64,000 nucleotides of DNA from Bdellovibrionales bacterium (GTDB lineage Bacteria > Bdellovibrionota > Bdellovibrionia > Bdellovibrionales > UBA1609): the NCBI GenBank assembly GCA_965199825.1, contig OZ241329.1, forward strand, positions 1,152,001 through 1,216,000. Direction: 5' to 3'. Under the pieces are notes generated by a model that saw nothing but the letters and a program-made list of their open reading frames with translations, was not told the origin of the DNA and searched no databases. Shown here piece after piece: positions 61,788 through 64,000 of this stretch. The position numbers and the translations under genes were made by a program. How positions within the stretch are numbered: position 1 is the stretch's first letter; each line of letters begins with the position of its first letter.

Positions 61788-62882
61788 TTGGCAGATATCC
61801 GCGCTAAATTGTTGTTTGATGTCGGCGAACTCTACGCCGACAGTGGCGACTTCACTCGCGCCATAGATCGGTTAAAAGCGTCAAGTGAAGTGGGCAAGAT
61901 CACCAACGACAGCGCGATTTATTTTCGCAGCCAAAACCTTTTACTCCAAATTTATATCGAGCTTGAGGATAATGAAAAAATCCACGAGCTCAAAAACGAA
62001 GTGCACGATCAAATCGTGCACTGTTATTTTGATTTGGGAGCTAGCGCCTACCAAACTCTTTCGCTCTGCGCAGGATCCCAAAGGCAATGGCGTCTGGCCC
62101 TTGGTTATATGGAAAAATCTTTTGCCGCGGCTTTATTGGCTAAAGATAAATTTCAAATGTGTGAGTGCCTGTTTGGTCTGGCCAATATTTATTATCATCT
62201 GCGCTTATTCGATCGGGCGCTTCAAGAGCTGGAGCGGCTCAAAGTCTTTTTCGAAATTTTTGATCTACCAAGAATTAAAATCTTGAGCCAGATTCTGCAT
62301 GGCCGAATTTTTGAGCAGTGCTCAAGACACGCCGAAGCTTTAGACATTTACCTGCAATGTTTTAAAACCTTGAAGCAGCAAAAAAGTTTTTATTTCTTGG
62401 TCAAAGTGCTTTTGGCAATGGGCCGGGTCTCGCGCGAGTTGAATGATCATGCCCTCTCCGAAAATTATTTGCAGATGGCAGCTCATCTCGTCGATCCCGA
62501 AAATCTCAAAAGCACCCATCGCCAGATTTTAAAAGAAGTAAATGTCATCAAGCCCTTTCAAGAAGTGTCGTTCGATTTGATCTTCGAAAATCCAGCCAGC
62601 GTGCTCGAAAAAAGCAAAGGCCGAATCGATTTCGGAAAGCAGCATGTTCTGTTTGAACTCCTGCGCACCCTTGCCCAAAAGCCCGGCGAAGTGATCAGCA
62701 AGGAAGAGCTCGTGCACAGAGTGTGGAAGCAAGCGTATGTGCCACGTGTGCATAACAATAAGGTCTACGTGACCATGACTCGGCTGAAGCGAATGATCGA
62801 ACCCGATTGCAGCAACCCCCATTACATTTTTCGAGCTCGAGACGGTTATTTTTTGAGTAAGACTTGTAAGGTTTTGCTTTAG
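61788..62882 (+). CDS. TPR + C-terminal OmpR-type winged-helix regulator
   Basis: TPR-like helices; PGEVISKEELVHRVW...VYVTMTRLKRMIEPD. Confidence 0.8.
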   Translation: MADIRAKLLFDVGELYADSGDFTRAIDRLKASSEVGKITNDSAIYFRSQNLLLQIYIELEDNEKIHELKNEVHDQIVHCYFDLGASAYQTLSLCAGSQRQWRLALGYMEKSFAAALLAKDKFQMCECLFGLANIYYHLRLFDRALQELERLKVFFEIFDLPRIKILSQILHGRIFEQCSRHAEALDIYLQCFKTLKQQKSFYFLVKVLLAMGRVSRELNDHALSENYLQMAAHLVDPENLKSTHRQILKEVNVIKPFQEVSFDLIFENPASVLEKSKGRIDFGKQHVLFELLRTLAQKPGEVISKEELVHRVWKQAYVPRVHNNKVYVTMTRLKRMIEPDCSNPHYIFRARDGYFLSKTCKVLL

Positions 62883-62975
62883 GTTTTTAGCGAGCGAGGG
62901 TGAGAGTTGAAACGTAGTTCGTGAGGAGTAGAGTTTTAAACGGTTGGTCGGAAAAAGGTTTAGCGTGTTTCGAAA

Positions 62976-63017
62976 GTAGTGTGTGGTCTAATTGAAATTA
63001 GACCTTCGCTCACACTA
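62976..63017. repeat. GTAG-led imperfect palindrome upstream of HUH transposase
   Basis: TAGTGTG/CACACTA outer stem; GGTCTAAT-TGAA-ATTAGACC inner stem. Confidence 0.6.
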
Positions 63018-63098
63018 AACAAAAAATATTTGTAGTGTTGATTAAAAAGTTGTAAGTTTCTTTTGACGAATAATTAGAATTTGTTTATAATTCCAAAC

Positions 63099-63631
63099 AT
63101 GAAACAAGACTCTCTTTTTAAAACCAAAGTTCCGCATTCGGTGGTGAACTCTACCGAAAGCGAAGCGGCCGTGGCCCAAGACCCCTTGCCACAAATCAAT
63201 CGATGCATCTAGTTTTGCGTTCATCAAAAGCAAAGGGTAAATTGTCATTTCTGACATCAGAAAATAAAACGTTGATCGACTTTTACGTTAAGAAATTTGC
63301 AAATCAATTTAGGATTCGGATACTCGGATTAGCAAATGTTGGAAACCACATTCATTTGCATTTAAAACTTTCCAATCGATTTTTTTATAAATCGTTTATT
63401 CGTGCGCTAAATTCTGCCATCGTTACCGGAATTAGAAAATTAAATAGTTGGATTAAAATTGAGGGCAAGTTTTTTGATGAGCGTCCCTTTACCCGCATTT
63501 CATCGGGTCTAAGCGATTTTGAAAATATCTGTCGTTATGTTCAGATCAATATCCTCCAAGGCCAGGGCATTGCGCGCAGTGTGGCCGAAGCCTTTGTGAA
63601 ATCAGCGCGGAATTTCAGGCGGTCAGGATAA
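63099..63631 (+). pseudogene. HUH (Y1, IS200/RAYT-like) transposase with an apparent 1-nt frameshift near the 5' end
   Basis: GNHIHL HUH motif, RPFTR, YVQIN tyrosine; ATG 63099 is out of frame with the AFGGEL...RPL...MHLVLRS body. Confidence 0.6.
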
Positions 63632-63822
63632 GGTTGTCACAATTTTTAGACTTAGACGTCTTGGCAGACGCACAGAACTAGGTCTTAAGATTTGCCATAA
63701 CAAACGGGCTGGTCGATCGCATGTAGGCATTATTCGCTCCGAAACGACCACAAAATCAAATTTGACGGTCTTTTGGTAGACATCCCTCAGATTTTCCCAT
63801 ATCTATATCGACTCATTTCAGC

Positions 63823-63898
63823 AGGGAATTAGCTCAGTTGGTAGAGCGCCACCCTTACAAGGTGGATGTCGTCGGTTCGAGCCCGGCATTCCCTACCA
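63823..63898 (+). tRNA. tRNA-Val(TAC)
   Basis: 76-nt cloverleaf AGGGAAT...ATTCCCT-ACCA, anticodon loop CTTACAA, GGTTCGA T-loop. Confidence 0.97.
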
Positions 63899-64000
63899 AA
63901 TAAATTGCATGGCACCACGTTTAAGCGAAACTCGATCTGAGTTTTGAGATGCAAAACTTATCAATTTTATACTAACTCGAAATTCATCAAATTATTGTTT

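Overview
This is a 64-kb bacterial chromosomal window. Gene content and order suggest Bdellovibrionota (inference). Most of it is housekeeping: mdh-sucCD-ndk-rlmD-TPR-rodZ, a cystathionine gamma-synthase/lyase, tRNA-Phe, dusB, ftsEX-envC-ctpA, Rrf2-sufBCDS-nfuA, tolQRAB-cyclophilin, flbD-motAB, mtgA, a NodIJ-like ABC pair, tig, an ArsA/Get3 pair with gshA, pepA, clpP-clpX-lon and tRNA-Val. The standout is a module present twice in mirror-image geometry. Each copy has a ~270-aa protein with a C-terminal HNH nuclease domain (18042-18848 minus; 51249-52067 plus) and, about 210-320 bp upstream on the opposite strand, an array built on the motif (G)CGGGCACGA. Locus 1 has 7 motifs at 30-32 bp spacing with variable intervening sequence. 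Locus 2 has ~27 near-perfect 18-bp tandem units. The same motif also sits 3-4 times at equivalent positions inside both nuclease genes. Other observations include an unannotated 25-aa Lys-rich microprotein, a frameshifted HUH/RAYT-like transposase next to a GTAG-hairpin, an orphan tadB/C-like pair linked to a Ser/Thr kinase, and tig separated from clpPX-lon in inverted orientation. All product calls come from motif recognition by eye; no database searches were run.
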